From Blastocatellia bacterium (GTDB lineage: Bacteria > Acidobacteriota > Blastocatellia > RBC074), in NCBI GenBank assembly GCA_035275805.1, contig DATEMG010000282.1, positions 1-51,309 of the forward strand: a stretch of 51,309 bases of DNA, in the 5' to 3' direction. The notes below the pieces were generated by a model. It had not been told where the DNA came from. It saw only the letters and a list, made by a program, of their open reading frames with translations, and did not search any database. A program made the translations under genes and the position numbers. Position 1 is the stretch's first letter. Every line of letters starts with the position of its first letter. Of the stretch, positions 28,410 through 38,850 are shown in pieces.

Positions 28410-30926
28410 ATGAGCGACAGGAGAAGAAGGGGCAGAAGGCGTCGGCTTCTTGATGAAGATATCAGAAACCTGCGCGCCGCGCCGCGCCCTATTCGCCTAG
28501 CGCCCGAGTTTACTCACATTCATTTCAACCAGCGCCGCATTTTGACCGTCATTGCGGCGGCTCTCATTTCGATTGCGGCCATTGGTGGTTTTAAACTCTA
28601 CGAAGTATACGCTTACTACGCTGGGTTAGTTGACGAACGACTGGATCAGCGGACGCTGCGGCATCGCCCCGGCGTTTACGCCGCGCCGCGCCGCGTGAGC
28701 GTCGGGCAACAGATTTCGCAGGACGAATTGCGGGAGCGATTGCTGCGAGCCGGTTATAGACAGGGGCGATGGGGCGATCCTGTCGACCACTTCTCTTCGG
28801 GCGTCTTCGTTATTGCAGGCGACGTGGCGCAATTGCGGACGAATAAACGTGGGGGGGGCGCGAGCGCGCCGGAGACCGTCAAGATCAAATTCAACCGTAG
28901 GAAGGGATCCCAGATCGTCAAAATCGAAGACGCCGCCACGGGAAAGGACCTCGAGAGCTTCGCTTTACCGTCCGAGTCGCTCACTGCGGAAAGCGGCGAC
29001 GCGACACTTCCAATGGGCGGGGGAATTCAGGCGAACTTCGAAGATTTCCCGCCCTCACTGGTCAACGCTCTGATCGCTATCGAGGATCGGAGCTTCTTCT
29101 CGCACCGGGGGGTGGATGTGAAAGCCATCTTCCGCGCGTTGTGGGAGAACTGGCGTCACGGCGAAATCCGCGAGGGCGGATCTACAATTACGCAGCAGTT
29201 GGTAAAGACGAACTTCCTGACGCCGGAGCGGACCTATCAACGCAAATTTGCGGAGGCGATGATGGCGGTGGCCGTCGAACGGCGGATGAGCAAAGAGGAG
29301 ATCCTCACGCTCTACGCCAACCACGTATACCTGGGGCAGAGCGGGATAACTGCCATTTATGGATTCAAACAGGCGGCGCGCATCTATTTCGGCAAAGAAT
29401 TGCATGAACTCACGCTCGCGGAGTCGGCGCTGCTCGCCGGTCTGGCGCAAGCCCCCAACCGTTATTCGCCCTATCTGCGTCCCGACGCGGCCGTCGCGCG
29501 TCGCAACACAGTGCTTGATGCGATGGCCGGGGTAAATCTGGTCGGCCCCGAAGACGCCGAGCCCGCAAAGTCGGAGAGATTGACCCTGATTCCCGCCGGG
29601 AATTTCGATGAGTCGTCCGCGCAGTATTTCGTCGATTATCTGAGGCGCGAGCTGGCCGGCCGGAATATCGACGAGGGCGAGGCGTCGAACCTTGAAATCA
29701 GGACGACGCTCGACCCCGATCTGCAGCAGGCCGCGAACATAGCGGTGAAAAATTATCTTGCGAAACTAGATCGCGTCTTCAGCCGGCGCGCGAAAAGAAC
29801 CGGGGGCGGAAGGCCTGAAGCCGCTCTGATCGCCATTGATCCGCACACTGGAGAGATTTTGGCGATGGTCGGCGGACGCGATTACGCGTCAAGCCAGCTT
29901 AATCGCGTCACCGACGCGCGCCGCCAGCCGGGATCGGTATTCAAACCGATCGTTTACGCCGCCGCGCTCGCCAACGGCGTGTCGCCGGAGTCCGTCTTCA
30001 TTGACGCGCCTCACGAGATCATTTTCGGCAATCAAATCTACCACCCGCAGAATTACGGCGGCAGGTTTTCGAATCAGTCGGTGACCTTGCGCGAGGGAGT
30101 CGTGCGGTCGTTGAACGTGGTAGTGGTGGACGCCGCGATACGGATCGGGTTGTCCAAGGTGGCCGACATCGCCGAGAAAATGGGATTGCCCCGGCCCGAA
30201 CCTTACCCCTCGATGGCGCTCGGCGCTTTCGAAGCCACCCCGTTTGATATCGCGCGGGCCTATTCGACGTTCGCAAACGGCGGCGTGAGTGTGGCCCCTT
30301 TCGGAATCAAATCAATTACACACGACGGCGTGACCGAAGAGATCACAGCTGCGGAAACCGGTGTAATTCACCCCTCAGCAGCCTACGTCGTCACCGAGAC
30401 GTTGGCTGAAGCAGTCGATCGCGGCACGGCTACAATCGTCAGGAGCATGGGGTATCGCGGCCCGGCGGCGGGCAAGACTGGCAGTTCGCACGACGCATGG
30501 TTCGCCGGTTACACCCCGAAGCTGCTGGCGGTCGTTTGGGTCGGATTCGACGATTACCATAACCTGGGTATGGTGGGTGGCCACGCGGCGGCCCCGATCT
30601 GGACAGATTTCATCAAACGCGCGCTCGCCTTGCGCCCCGATCTGAGAGCTGAGAAGTTCACACCGCCAGCCGGCGCGGAAAGGATAGAGGCGGAAAAGAT
30701 GAGGATCAATAATCAGCCTGGTCAAAACCGGTCGGCCCGGTCATACAAATATTCGGCGCCGGCCGGCGCCACGCAGCGACGATTGGTTAGAAGAGCCAGA
30801 CCGGCGCCCCAGCCGGCGCCAGCCAACGACCAGATGGTTCAACCCCTCACTAATCAGGATCAACTGGCGCCTCAGCTTTTCCCTCAGAGGATCAGAAGAC
30901 AGGTTCAGCCTGTGATAAGGAGATAG
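28410..30926 (+). CDS. Class A penicillin-binding protein (transglycosylase/transpeptidase)
   Basis: GT51 motifs IAIEDRSFFSHRGVD and GGSTITQQLVK. Transpeptidase SVFKP (SxxK) and KTGSS. Start at the ATG after GGAGGGG. Confidence 0.9.
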   Translation: MSDRRRRGRRRRLLDEDIRNLRAAPRPIRLAPEFTHIHFNQRRILTVIAAALISIAAIGGFKLYEVYAYYAGLVDERLDQRTLRHRPGVYAAPRRVSVGQQISQDELRERLLRAGYRQGRWGDPVDHFSSGVFVIAGDVAQLRTNKRGGGASAPETVKIKFNRRKGSQIVKIEDAATGKDLESFALPSESLTAESGDATLPMGGGIQANFEDFPPSLVNALIAIEDRSFFSHRGVDVKAIFRALWENWRHGEIREGGSTITQQLVKTNFLTPERTYQRKFAEAMMAVAVERRMSKEEILTLYANHVYLGQSGITAIYGFKQAARIYFGKELHELTLAESALLAGLAQAPNRYSPYLRPDAAVARRNTVLDAMAGVNLVGPEDAEPAKSERLTLIPAGNFDESSAQYFVDYLRRELAGRNIDEGEASNLEIRTTLDPDLQQAANIAVKNYLAKLDRVFSRRAKRTGGGRPEAALIAIDPHTGEILAMVGGRDYASSQLNRVTDARRQPGSVFKPIVYAAALANGVSPESVFIDAPHEIIFGNQIYHPQNYGGRFSNQSVTLREGVVRSLNVVVVDAAIRIGLSKVADIAEKMGLPRPEPYPSMALGAFEATPFDIARAYSTFANGGVSVAPFGIKSITHDGVTEEITAAETGVIHPSAAYVVTETLAEAVDRGTATIVRSMGYRGPAAGKTGSSHDAWFAGYTPKLLAVVWVGFDDYHNLGMVGGHAAAPIWTDFIKRALALRPDLRAEKFTPPAGAERIEAEKMRINNQPGQNRSARSYKYSAPAGATQRRLVRRARPAPQPAPANDQMVQPLTNQDQLAPQLFPQRIRRQVQPVIRR

Positions 30927-31058
30927 GACCTAAATTGCCGGACCTATAGGACTAATAGGACTTATGGGGAGTTCATGACAGGCGTCCTCCTTGTGTTGTT
31001 TGCGGGCGCGAGTCTTTTGGCGGCGGCGGACGCGATTGTCAATGGTATCCTTGTTCCC

Positions 31059-32567
31059 ATGCAATTGACAGACATCTTCGACCTCTCCCTAAAAGGACGC
31101 GCGTCGGCTGATGCGCTCGAATACGATCGCGCGGACGGCTCTGTCGACACGCTCACCTTCGGCGATCTCGACGCGCGGAGCGACCGGGTTGCGAGCCTCA
31201 TGGCGTCACGCGGCGTCTCTCGGGGCGACCGCCTCTGCTTTTTCATGCCGAACCGCGTCGAATTCATCGACCTCTTTCTGGCCTGCGTCAAAGCCGGCGT
31301 GATCGTCGTTCCGATCAACGCGCTCTACCGCGAACGCGAAATCGGTCACATCGTCGCGGACTCAGAACCGAAAGCGGTCGTGACGACGCGCGAGCTTGCG
31401 CAGTTTGCGCCATCGGGCGTTCCGATCTGGGGCGTGGATGAGCTTGCCGCCGCAGCAGGCGCGCTCGACGGCGCGCGCATACGAACTGCGCTCGACGGCG
31501 ACGACCCGGCGGCGATCGTTTACACGTCGGGCACGACGGGGCGCTCGAAGGGCGCGATTCTCACTCACAACAACTTCGCCGCCAATGCGGTCAATCTGCT
31601 CGCCTGCTGGCGCATCACCAGCGAAGACCGCTATTTGGCCGTCTTGCCGCTGTTTCACGTCCACGGCCTCGGCAACGGCGTCCACGTATGGCTCCTGAGC
31701 GGGTGTCGCATGCGATTAGCCGAACGCTTCGACATCACGCGCGCGGGGGCGCTCTTCGAATCTTTTCGGCCTACGTTGTTTTTCGGCGTCCCGACGATCT
31801 ACGCGCGCTTGCTGGAACTGCCTTCCGATCATGCGCGGCGCATCGGCGAGCGGATGCGGCTGTTCGTCTCAGGCTCCGCGCCGCTTCCGGCGAGTGTGTT
31901 GGAGGCGTTCTGCGCGAAGTTCGGACACACGATCCTCGAACGTTACGGGATGAGCGAGACGCTGATGAACATCAGCAATCCGTATGAAGGCGAGAGGCGC
32001 GCGGGATCTGTCGGGTTCCCGCTTCCCGGCGTCTCGGTCAGGATACTCGACGGCGCCATGCGGCCCGTCTCTGAAGGCGAGGTAGGGGAAGTGTACCTAA
32101 GCGGGCCGAATGTCTTCGCGGGCTATTGGCGGCGGCCAGATGCGACGGCTGAGGCGATGGTCTTTGGCCCTGACGGGAATTGGTTTCGCACGGGCGATCT
32201 GGCCGAGCGCTCGGCCGACGGCTACATCACGCTGCGCGGCCGCCGGACCGACCTGATCATCTCCGGAGGCTTCAACATCTACCCGCGCGAAATCGAAGAG
32301 GTGTTGCTTGAACAGCCCGGCGTGCGTGAAGCCGCCGTTTGCGGCGCGCCGGACGAACTGCGGGGCGAACTGCCCGTCGCTTACGTCGTCGCAGACGAGA
32401 CATTCGACGAGAAGGCTGCGGAGGACGCTTGCCGCAAATCTCTCGCGTCGTTCAAAGTCCCGCGCGCCATCATCCGCGTCGACAGCCTGCCGCGAACCGC
32501 GCTGGGCAAGATTCAAAAACATCTGCTGCCGCCCTGGAAATCCCGGCGCTCTCTCGTTGAAGAATAA
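31059..32567 (+). CDS. AMP-dependent acyl-CoA synthetase/ligase
   Basis: AMP-binding motif YTSGTTGRSKGA, TGDL...DGY..L.GR..D, C-terminal GKIQK. Start set at MQLTD, because the longer version adds a hydrophobic non-family N-terminus. Confidence 0.85.
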   Translation: MQLTDIFDLSLKGRASADALEYDRADGSVDTLTFGDLDARSDRVASLMASRGVSRGDRLCFFMPNRVEFIDLFLACVKAGVIVVPINALYREREIGHIVADSEPKAVVTTRELAQFAPSGVPIWGVDELAAAAGALDGARIRTALDGDDPAAIVYTSGTTGRSKGAILTHNNFAANAVNLLACWRITSEDRYLAVLPLFHVHGLGNGVHVWLLSGCRMRLAERFDITRAGALFESFRPTLFFGVPTIYARLLELPSDHARRIGERMRLFVSGSAPLPASVLEAFCAKFGHTILERYGMSETLMNISNPYEGERRAGSVGFPLPGVSVRILDGAMRPVSEGEVGEVYLSGPNVFAGYWRRPDATAEAMVFGPDGNWFRTGDLAERSADGYITLRGRRTDLIISGGFNIYPREIEEVLLEQPGVREAAVCGAPDELRGELPVAYVVADETFDEKAAEDACRKSLASFKVPRAIIRVDSLPRTALGKIQKHLLPPWKSRRSLVEE

Positions 32568-32654
32568 CCTTTGCGTCTTTGCGCCTTTGCGAGAATCCTC
32601 TCGTAAAGGGGGCGGACCGGGTCGAGTCTCTCGCAAAGGCGCAAAGACGCAAAG
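32568..32654. repeat. CTTTGCG-unit hairpin element (same family as 13396-13494)
   Basis: 32569-32594 is the exact reverse complement of 32629-32654 (26 bp). The element starts 1 nt after the acyl-CoA synthetase stop. Confidence 0.9.
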
Positions 32655-32700
32655 TTCGCGAAGGCTCTTCCGATTCCGCCCGTGCGAAAATACTTGCGCC

Positions 32701-34566
32701 CTACTCGACCGTCACCGACTTCGCCAGATTTCGCGGCTGGTCGACGTCGCAGCCTCTGCGCACCGCGACGTGGTAAGCGAGCAGTTGCAGCGGTATGGCG
32801 GAGAGCGCCGGCGACAGCAGCTCGCTCGAGGGCGGGACTTCGATAACATAGCTGGCCGAATCGCGCGTGTCCTTGTCGCCTTCGGTGACGACCGCCACCA
32901 CGATGCCGTCGCGCGCCTTGACCTCCTGGATGTTCGAGATCGTCTTTTCGTAGCGCAGCCGCGATTTTTCGTCGTTCGGGTCGAGCGTGTTGATGACGAC
33001 AACCGGCAGCCGGGAATCGATTAGCGCGTTTGGCCCGTGCTTCATCTCACCCGCCGCGTAGCCTTCCGCGTGAATGTAGGAGATCTCTTTGAGTTTCAGC
33101 GCGCCTTCGAGCGCGATAGGGAAGTTGATGCCGCGGCCGAGGTAGAGGAAGTCGGTCGAGAGCACGAATTTCTTTGACAGCTCTTCGTAATCGATTTCGG
33201 GATTGTTCAGCAACTTTTCGATCTTGACCGGCAGTTCCGAAAGCCGCCACACATGCCATTTCAACTTCTCATCGTCGAGCGTCCCACGCTCCTGCGCCAG
33301 GAAGAGAGCGAAGAGATAGGCTGCGACCATTTGCGAGGTGAACGCCTTCGTCGAGGCGACGCCAATCTCGGGCCCGGCGTGCGTGTAGACCGTACAGTCG
33401 GCCTCGCGCGTCATCATCGAGCCTTGCACGTTGCAGATCGCCAGGCTCCGGCATCCTTTCCCCTTGGCCTCGCGCAGCGCGGCCAGCGTGTCTGCGGTCT
33501 CGCCTGATTGCGAGATGACCATCATCAGCGTCGTCGGCGAGAGGATAGGGTTGCGGTAGCGGAACTCCGACGCGTAATCGATCTCGACGGGGACGCGCGC
33601 CAATTCCTCGATCAGATATTTGGCCACCATCGCCGCGTGCCAGGCCGTGCCGCAGGCCGCGATCTTGATGTCGGTGAAGCGGCCGAACTCCGCGCGGTCA
33701 ATAGCCATCGTGTCCAGGAATACGCGGCCCGTGTCGAGCGAAACGCGGCCTTGCGTAGTGTCGCGGATGGCGCGCGGCTGCTCGTAAATCTCCTTGAGCA
33801 TGAAATGTTTGAACCCGCCCTTTTCGGCCTGGACCGGGTCCCAATTTATGCGCTGGACCTGCGGCTCGACCTCCGCGCCCTGCCCGTTGCTGACGCGCAC
33901 GCCGCCGCGCGTCAGAGTGACGATTTCGTTGTCGCCCAGGAAGAAGATGTCGCGAGTGTAAGGCAGCAGCGCCGGAATATCCGAGGCCACAAAATATTCG
34001 CCGTCGCCCATTCCGACGACGATCGGCGGACCGAGCCGGGCGGAGACGAGTTTGTCAGGTTCGTCTGCTGACATCGCCACGATCGCATATATCCCGCGCA
34101 GCTCGGCCAACGCGCGACGGAAGGCCGTTTCAAATCCGCCGGCTGCATCCTGAATCAGATATTTCTCGATCAGGTGCGCGACGACTTCGGTGTCGGTTTC
34201 GGTCTGGAAGGCATGGTCCTGGGCCTGCAACTCGCGTTTGAGTTCGAGATAATTTTCAATAATTCCATTGTGGACGACGACGATCCGTCCTCCGCAGTCG
34301 CGGTGCGGGTGCGCGTTCTCTTCAGTCGGCCTGCCGTGCGTTGCCCAGCGCGAATGCCCCAAGCCGGTTCGGCCTTCCAGCGGCTCGTTTTGTATCGCCT
34401 TCAACAGGCCCTGCAACTTGCCGGGGCGCCGGCGAACCTCGATCTTGCCGTCGTTGATGACGGCGATCCCCGCCGAGTCGTAGCCGCGATACTCCAGCCG
34501 CCGCAGCCCCTCAATAACGACCGGGACGGCCTGCTGGCTACCCACATATCCAATGATTCCACACAT
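32701..34566 (-). CDS. glmS: Glutamine--fructose-6-phosphate aminotransferase GlmS
   Basis: Ntn start MCGIIGYVG, two SIS domains, C-terminal [11 protein letters not shown]. Confidence 0.97.
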   Translation of the reverse strand: MCGIIGYVGSQQAVPVVIEGLRRLEYRGYDSAGIAVINDGKIEVRRRPGKLQGLLKAIQNEPLEGRTGLGHSRWATHGRPTEENAHPHRDCGGRIVVVHNGIIENYLELKRELQAQDHAFQTETDTEVVAHLIEKYLIQDAAGGFETAFRRALAELRGIYAIVAMSADEPDKLVSARLGPPIVVGMGDGEYFVASDIPALLPYTRDIFFLGDNEIVTLTRGGVRVSNGQGAEVEPQVQRINWDPVQAEKGGFKHFMLKEIYEQPRAIRDTTQGRVSLDTGRVFLDTMAIDRAEFGRFTDIKIAACGTAWHAAMVAKYLIEELARVPVEIDYASEFRYRNPILSPTTLMMVISQSGETADTLAALREAKGKGCRSLAICNVQGSMMTREADCTVYTHAGPEIGVASTKAFTSQMVAAYLFALFLAQERGTLDDEKLKWHVWRLSELPVKIEKLLNNPEIDYEELSKKFVLSTDFLYLGRGINFPIALEGALKLKEISYIHAEGYAAGEMKHGPNALIDSRLPVVVINTLDPNDEKSRLRYEKTISNIQEVKARDGIVVAVVTEGDKDTRDSASYVIEVPPSSELLSPALSAIPLQLLAYHVAVRRGCDVDQPRNLAKSVTVE

Positions 34567-34590
34567 AAAATCTCCTCCGAAAATGGGTTT

Positions 34591-34676
34591 GTAGTCCCGC
34601 CTTTAGGCGGAAGGCCAAGCTATAAATCACATTCTGAGGCGCCAAAGGCTTCCGCCTAAAGGCGGGACTACGAACC
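34591..34676. repeat. GTAGTCCCGCCTTTAGGCGGAA hairpin element (family copy 2)
   Basis: 34591-34613 is the exact reverse complement of 34649-34671. It lies between the zinc-ribbon gene and glmS on the same transcript strand. Confidence 0.9.
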
Positions 34677-34744
34677 GCGCTTTTCATTATTTTTGGGCGT
34701 CGCCGTAGCGACTGAACCACTCCTGTAAAAGTGGGGGTGTCCGA

Positions 34745-35266
34745 TTACCGAAGCTCTCGCGTCGTGTGTTCGGTGACGTCGATCATCTCCGGTTCTGGTT
34801 TCATCCGTGGAGATTGGGGAATCGCCTGGTTGATGGGAGAGTTCATTTCTTCCAGCGCTTTGCGCTTCTGTTCGAGCATCGCGAGTTCCGCGCGCAACTG
34901 GCGCTCGCGGATGTTCTTGAAAAATCCGCTGGAAATGAGATTGAATGCGCCGACCGCGCCCAGCGCCAGTGAGACGAACAAGAAAGTCAACAGCACGATG
35001 AGACTGGCCCGAAACGCCTTTCCATCCAGATGCGACAGAGTGACCGAGCCGAAGACGATCAGGAAGATGATCAGGTCGAAAGCCGTGACCATCATCAGCG
35101 TGACGCCGGCCATCATCCTCTTTTCGCGCCGCCACTGCTCCTGAGTCATACGTTCGGCTTCGCGCGGCTCTTCCAGCAGGCGCGCATGACCCGCCAGCTT
35201 CAGCCCGCACGATTTGCAGAATTTCGCCTTCTGTTCAGTTTGCGTTCCGCATTGTGGGCAGTACAT
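34745..35266 (-). CDS. Zinc-ribbon membrane protein (2 TM) between glmU and glmS
   Basis: MYCPQCGTQ...FCKSCG zinc ribbon, two hydrophobic helices. Stop-to-start distance to glmU is 4 nt. Confidence 0.6.
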   Translation of the reverse strand: MYCPQCGTQTEQKAKFCKSCGLKLAGHARLLEEPREAERMTQEQWRREKRMMAGVTLMMVTAFDLIIFLIVFGSVTLSHLDGKAFRASLIVLLTFLFVSLALGAVGAFNLISSGFFKNIRERQLRAELAMLEQKRKALEEMNSPINQAIPQSPRMKPEPEMIDVTEHTTRELR

Positions 35267-35270
35267 TCGG

Positions 35271-36653
35271 TCACTCTTTCAGTTTTTTCTTCACCTGCGC
35301 AGGGACGCCCGCGACCAGCGAATCGGGCGGCGTGTCTTTGATGACCACCGATCCCGCGCCGGTCACCGAGCCGCGCCCGACGCGCACCGGCGCGACCAGC
35401 ATCGTGTCGGAGCCGATCTTGACGTCGTCTTCGATGAACGTCGGGTTCTTCTGCTTGCCGTCGTAATTGCAGGTGACGGTCCCGGCGCCGATGTTGACCC
35501 GGTCGCCGATGGTCGCGTCGCCCAGATAAGTCAGGTGCATCGACTTCGTTTTGCGGCCCAGGCGCGATTTTTTGACTTCGACAAAATTGCCTATCGTGGC
35601 CTCCTCGGCCAGTTCGGTGTGGAGCCTCAGGTGGGCGAACGGCCCGACGGTGTTGCGCGCGGTCAGTTTGCTGCTGACGATCATGCAGGAGTTCAGAATC
35701 TTGCACTCGTCGCCGATCTCGACGTTGGCCAGCCGCGACCAGGAATAGATTTCGCAATGGCTGCCGATCCGCGAATCGCCCTCGATGATCACCTGCGGGT
35801 GGATCACGGTGTCGCGCCCGATCTCGACCGTATCGTCGATGTAGGTCGAATCCGGATCAATTATGGTTACGCCGTCGGCCATAAGACGGTCAATAGTCTC
35901 GTGGCGCAGCCGTTTCCACATCGCCGCCAGCTCGGCGCGCGTGTTGATGCCGTCCAGTTCGCATGCGTCCTCGTGGAATACAGTCGATACTCTGAGGCCG
36001 GCTTCGAGCATGAGCTGCGGAACGTCGGTCAGGTAATACTCGTTCTGGGCGTTGTGCGGCGAGAGCCGATCGAGCGCGTCGAGCAGCGGCGGGATGTCGA
36101 AGCAGTAAAATCCCGGATTCAACTCGGTGATCGCGCGTTCTTCGGGCGAGCAGTCGCGCTCCTCGACGATCTTCAGGAAACCGCCACGCGCGTCCCGGAT
36201 GATGCGCCCGTAAGCCGGAGGCGGATCGATGCGGATGGTGATGAACGTGGCGGCGTTCCCGGCGCGTTCATGTTCGGCCACCAGTTTGCGCAAGGTTTCG
36301 GCCTTGACCGCCGGCGTGTCGCCGTAAAAGACGACCAAACGTCCGCTCGCGTTCTTCAACGCGTCGCTCGCGCATTTGACGGCGTGGCCTGTGCCGCGCT
36401 GCTCCGATTGAATGACGAATCGCAACTTGTCGGCGTCCGCGGGGGCGAGCGAGGCGCGAGCGGCTTCTTCGACCTTGCCCGCCTGATGGCCGACGACCAC
36501 GAAGATGTTTTCCGGCTCCAAACCCGCTGCGGCGCGCAGCGGGCGCGCGATCATCGGACGGCTTCCGATCTTGTGCAGAACTTTGGCCTGGCTGCTCTTC
36601 ATTCTCGTCCCGAGACCTGCGGCCAGGATCAGCGTATTGATAGGACTTTTCAC
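35271..36653 (-). CDS. glmU: Bifunctional GlcNAc-1-P uridyltransferase / GlcN-1-P acetyltransferase GlmU
   Basis: [13 protein letters not shown] nucleotidyltransferase motif and C-terminal left-handed beta-helix hexapeptides. Start set at the GTG at 36653, preceded by GGAGGA; the longer start at 36680 lies inside a repeat arm. Confidence 0.92.
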   Translation of the reverse strand: MKSPINTLILAAGLGTRMKSSQAKVLHKIGSRPMIARPLRAAAGLEPENIFVVVGHQAGKVEEAARASLAPADADKLRFVIQSEQRGTGHAVKCASDALKNASGRLVVFYGDTPAVKAETLRKLVAEHERAGNAATFITIRIDPPPAYGRIIRDARGGFLKIVEERDCSPEERAITELNPGFYCFDIPPLLDALDRLSPHNAQNEYYLTDVPQLMLEAGLRVSTVFHEDACELDGINTRAELAAMWKRLRHETIDRLMADGVTIIDPDSTYIDDTVEIGRDTVIHPQVIIEGDSRIGSHCEIYSWSRLANVEIGDECKILNSCMIVSSKLTARNTVGPFAHLRLHTELAEEATIGNFVEVKKSRLGRKTKSMHLTYLGDATIGDRVNIGAGTVTCNYDGKQKNPTFIEDDVKIGSDTMLVAPVRVGRGSVTGAGSVVIKDTPPDSLVAGVPAQVKKKLKE

Positions 36654-36671
36654 TGCGTCTTCCTCCGGAAG

Positions 36672-36783
36672 ATCAACCACGAAGAAACGAAGAACACGAA
36701 GAAAGTCGAGGATAGAAAATCACGGCGCCACGTCTATGGCGATTCTCGATCCTCTTCGTATTCTTCGTTTCTTCGTGGTTGAT
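36672..36783. repeat. Hairpin element with CGAAGAA-unit arms and the GAGGATnGAAAATC core
   Basis: 36672-36721 pairs with 36741-36783 (the first 23 nt are exact). The core resembles that of 26595-26726. Confidence 0.85.
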
Positions 36784-36846
36784 TTTCATTGTTTCTCCTG
36801 TGTCGCTGCAACGACATGTACAACTACTATATATGGGGAAAACCCG

Positions 36847-37917
36847 CTAGGGTGAGGGAAACCCGCCCCTGCTATAAATGTCAAATATCGCGTCGCTGAG
36901 CTTTTCGGGCGCATGGCGCACGGCCCGCGATTCCGAAATGAGGGGGAGGGAGATGAATTGAATGGCGCCGGATTCGCGGTAGGTCGGATCGTCGGCATTC
37001 GGCGCGTCCGGCGGCTTGAGCGCGACGGCCTTTTCAGCCGCGTAACGTTCGAGCATCTCGGCTGAAATCGGCGCGGAATTGAACAGCGCATAATCCAGCT
37101 TGAGCTTCGGGGCGTAAGCGAGCAGATATTTGACATGGTCCAGGGCGGTCATCCCTTCGGTTTCGTCAAACTCTGTCATCGCGTTGCAAACGTAAATCTT
37201 CTTCGCCTTCGATCGGGTGAGGGCATCGGCGATGCCGCGGACGAGCAGGTTGGCTATGACGCTGGTGAAGAGCGACCCCGGGCCGAGCGTGATCAGGTCG
37301 GCGTTGAGTATCGCCTCGACCGCTTCGTCGAGGGCGCGCGCGTCCGGCGGCGAGATCGTTAATTCGCGTATCGGCGCGTTCCGCGATTTGATGGCCATCT
37401 GGCCGCGGATTAGCCTGCCTTCCGCTTGCGCTACCAGATCTACGCCGTCGAGCGTAGAAGGCAATACGCGAGCCGTGATGCCCAACATCGACCTTGCCTG
37501 TTCGATCGCTTGGAGAAAAGACCCGCCCATCTGGTTGAGCGCCAATATGATTAGATTGCCGAGCGAATGTCCGCCGATCGCCCCATTGCCGGGAAAGCGA
37601 TGCCTGAAGAGCCGAGTAATGAGTTGGTCTTCGTCGGCCAATGCGACCAGACAATTGCGAATGTCGCCCGGCGGCAAAACCGAGAACTCGCCGCGCAAAC
37701 GCCCGGAGCTTTTTCCGTCGTCAGTCACTGTGACGATAGCGGTCAACGAAATTCGAGGGCCAATCTCGGCCCTCTCGGGGCGCCTCGCTGGCGAACGCGC
37801 GTTCGAGCGCGCCTCCGAGACCAGAGGCTCTATATAAGGTTTCAGACCTTGCAGCAGAGTCGAAAGACCTGTGCCTCCGCCGATGGCGACAAATTTAATC
37901 GGGGCGATTCCTGACAT
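36847..37917 (-). CDS. YvcK-like (CofD/UPF0052 family) gluconeogenesis-factor homologue
   Basis: FVAIGGGTGLSTLLQGLK, VTVTDDGKSSGRLR, GPGSLFTS. Start set at MSGIAP. Confidence 0.85.
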   Translation of the reverse strand: MSGIAPIKFVAIGGGTGLSTLLQGLKPYIEPLVSEARSNARSPARRPERAEIGPRISLTAIVTVTDDGKSSGRLRGEFSVLPPGDIRNCLVALADEDQLITRLFRHRFPGNGAIGGHSLGNLIILALNQMGGSFLQAIEQARSMLGITARVLPSTLDGVDLVAQAEGRLIRGQMAIKSRNAPIRELTISPPDARALDEAVEAILNADLITLGPGSLFTSVIANLLVRGIADALTRSKAKKIYVCNAMTEFDETEGMTALDHVKYLLAYAPKLKLDYALFNSAPISAEMLERYAAEKAVALKPPDAPNADDPTYRESGAIQFISLPLISESRAVRHAPEKLSDAIFDIYSRGGFPSP

Positions 37918-38192
37918 AATTGATTCCTGACTTAAACGATGGTGAGTCTGCCTTAGCCATTTCGGAGGCGTCAAGATGGGTTGATATTTTTAATGCTACC
38001 GCGCGCGACAGTAAGCGATATTGTGGTGAAAGCCGGAAAAACGCCAGCGCGCTGTAACTTGACAGACAGACCCAAGGGATAGCGTCTTACTATACTGCCG
38101 ATTATCGGCCTGAGCGGAGTATACGTGAATCTCCCGCAGTTAAGCGGTGGACGGTTTAAACAAAAAATAATTGGCTCGGAAGGACTTTTTTG

Positions 38193-38220
38193 TTGGCAAA
38201 TTACGGGCATTCTGTATATT
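38193..38220 (+). promoter_or_regulatory. Possible promoter (TTGGCA-16-TATATT)
   Basis: Hexamer match only. About 135 nt upstream of the small ORF at 38356. Confidence 0.25.
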
Positions 38221-38355
38221 CACGTTCATCGCGGCGCCGCGCGAGCGGCGGGCGCGATAGCTGCTGGGATAAGCTTCCCGCATGACGAAACACTATTGGT
38301 CGGCGGGGGGTAAATAAAGGATTAACTTAGGATACAGGAAAGGGGGAAGACGCAA

Positions 38356-38619
38356 ATGGTGAAAATATCAAGTGACACGTTGAAGATGATAAACAAGTTG
38401 CCCAAGAAAAAGAAAGAGAAAGTGGACGCGATCGTGCGTCGCCATGTCGCGGCATGTCAAAGGAATGGATTCGATCCGGAGAATTTGGACCGCGTCTACA
38501 TAGAGGCAATTGAGATGATCGATATAGAGGTCAGATTCCCGGAACCGGACGCCGAAGAGTCCCGCGATTGGGAACCGGCGCGCCATTATGACCAATACAT
38601 CAGCCCGAAGGCCGCATGA
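38356..38619 (+). CDS. Small hypothetical protein
   Basis: 87-aa ORF preceded by GGGGGAAG. No family recognised. Confidence 0.45.
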   Translation: MVKISSDTLKMINKLPKKKKEKVDAIVRRHVAACQRNGFDPENLDRVYIEAIEMIDIEVRFPEPDAEESRDWEPARHYDQYISPKAA

Positions 38620-38623
38620 GGCG

Positions 38624-38655
38624 CCCGTAAGCCTTTCAGCCCGTAAGCCTTTCAG
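38624..38655. repeat. Perfect 16-bp tandem duplication CCCGTAAGCCTTTCAG x2
   Basis: 38624-38639 equals 38640-38655. A related GTAAGCCTTTCA lies at 46223-46234. Confidence 0.85.
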
Positions 38656-38663
38656 ATTGATAC

Positions 38664-38710
38664 GGCCTTTAGTCTGTCCGCTCACACAACGTCACGGGCA
38701 GACTAAAGGC
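38664..38710. repeat. CAGACTAAAG-core hairpin
   Basis: GGCCTTTAGTCTGTCCG (38664-38680) pairs with CGGGCAGACTAAAGGC (38695-38710). Confidence 0.8.
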
Positions 38711-38850
38711 TATCCCAAAATTCTCCGATTCAGTTAAATCAAAACACCTCAGTGTGGGGTAGGCTAATTAGCCTGTCTCATAATCTCAGCACTGCGCCGC
38801 GCCTCCAGATTTGCTATCATCTCCGCCGCAGACCCCGTCAAGTTTCGACA

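Noticed and set aside
34567-34744. Possible glmS ribozyme upstream of glmS.
   Set aside because: A family hairpin repeat and the end of the preceding co-directional gene occupy the interval. I could not see a glmS-ribozyme-like core, and glmS appears to be co-transcribed with glmU.
35214-36782. 522-aa plus-strand ORF, the second-longest in the track.
   Set aside because: It is the antisense shadow of glmU in GC-rich DNA. The minus-strand frame carries unmistakable GlmU motifs, while the plus-strand product is Arg/Asp/Val-rich with no motifs.
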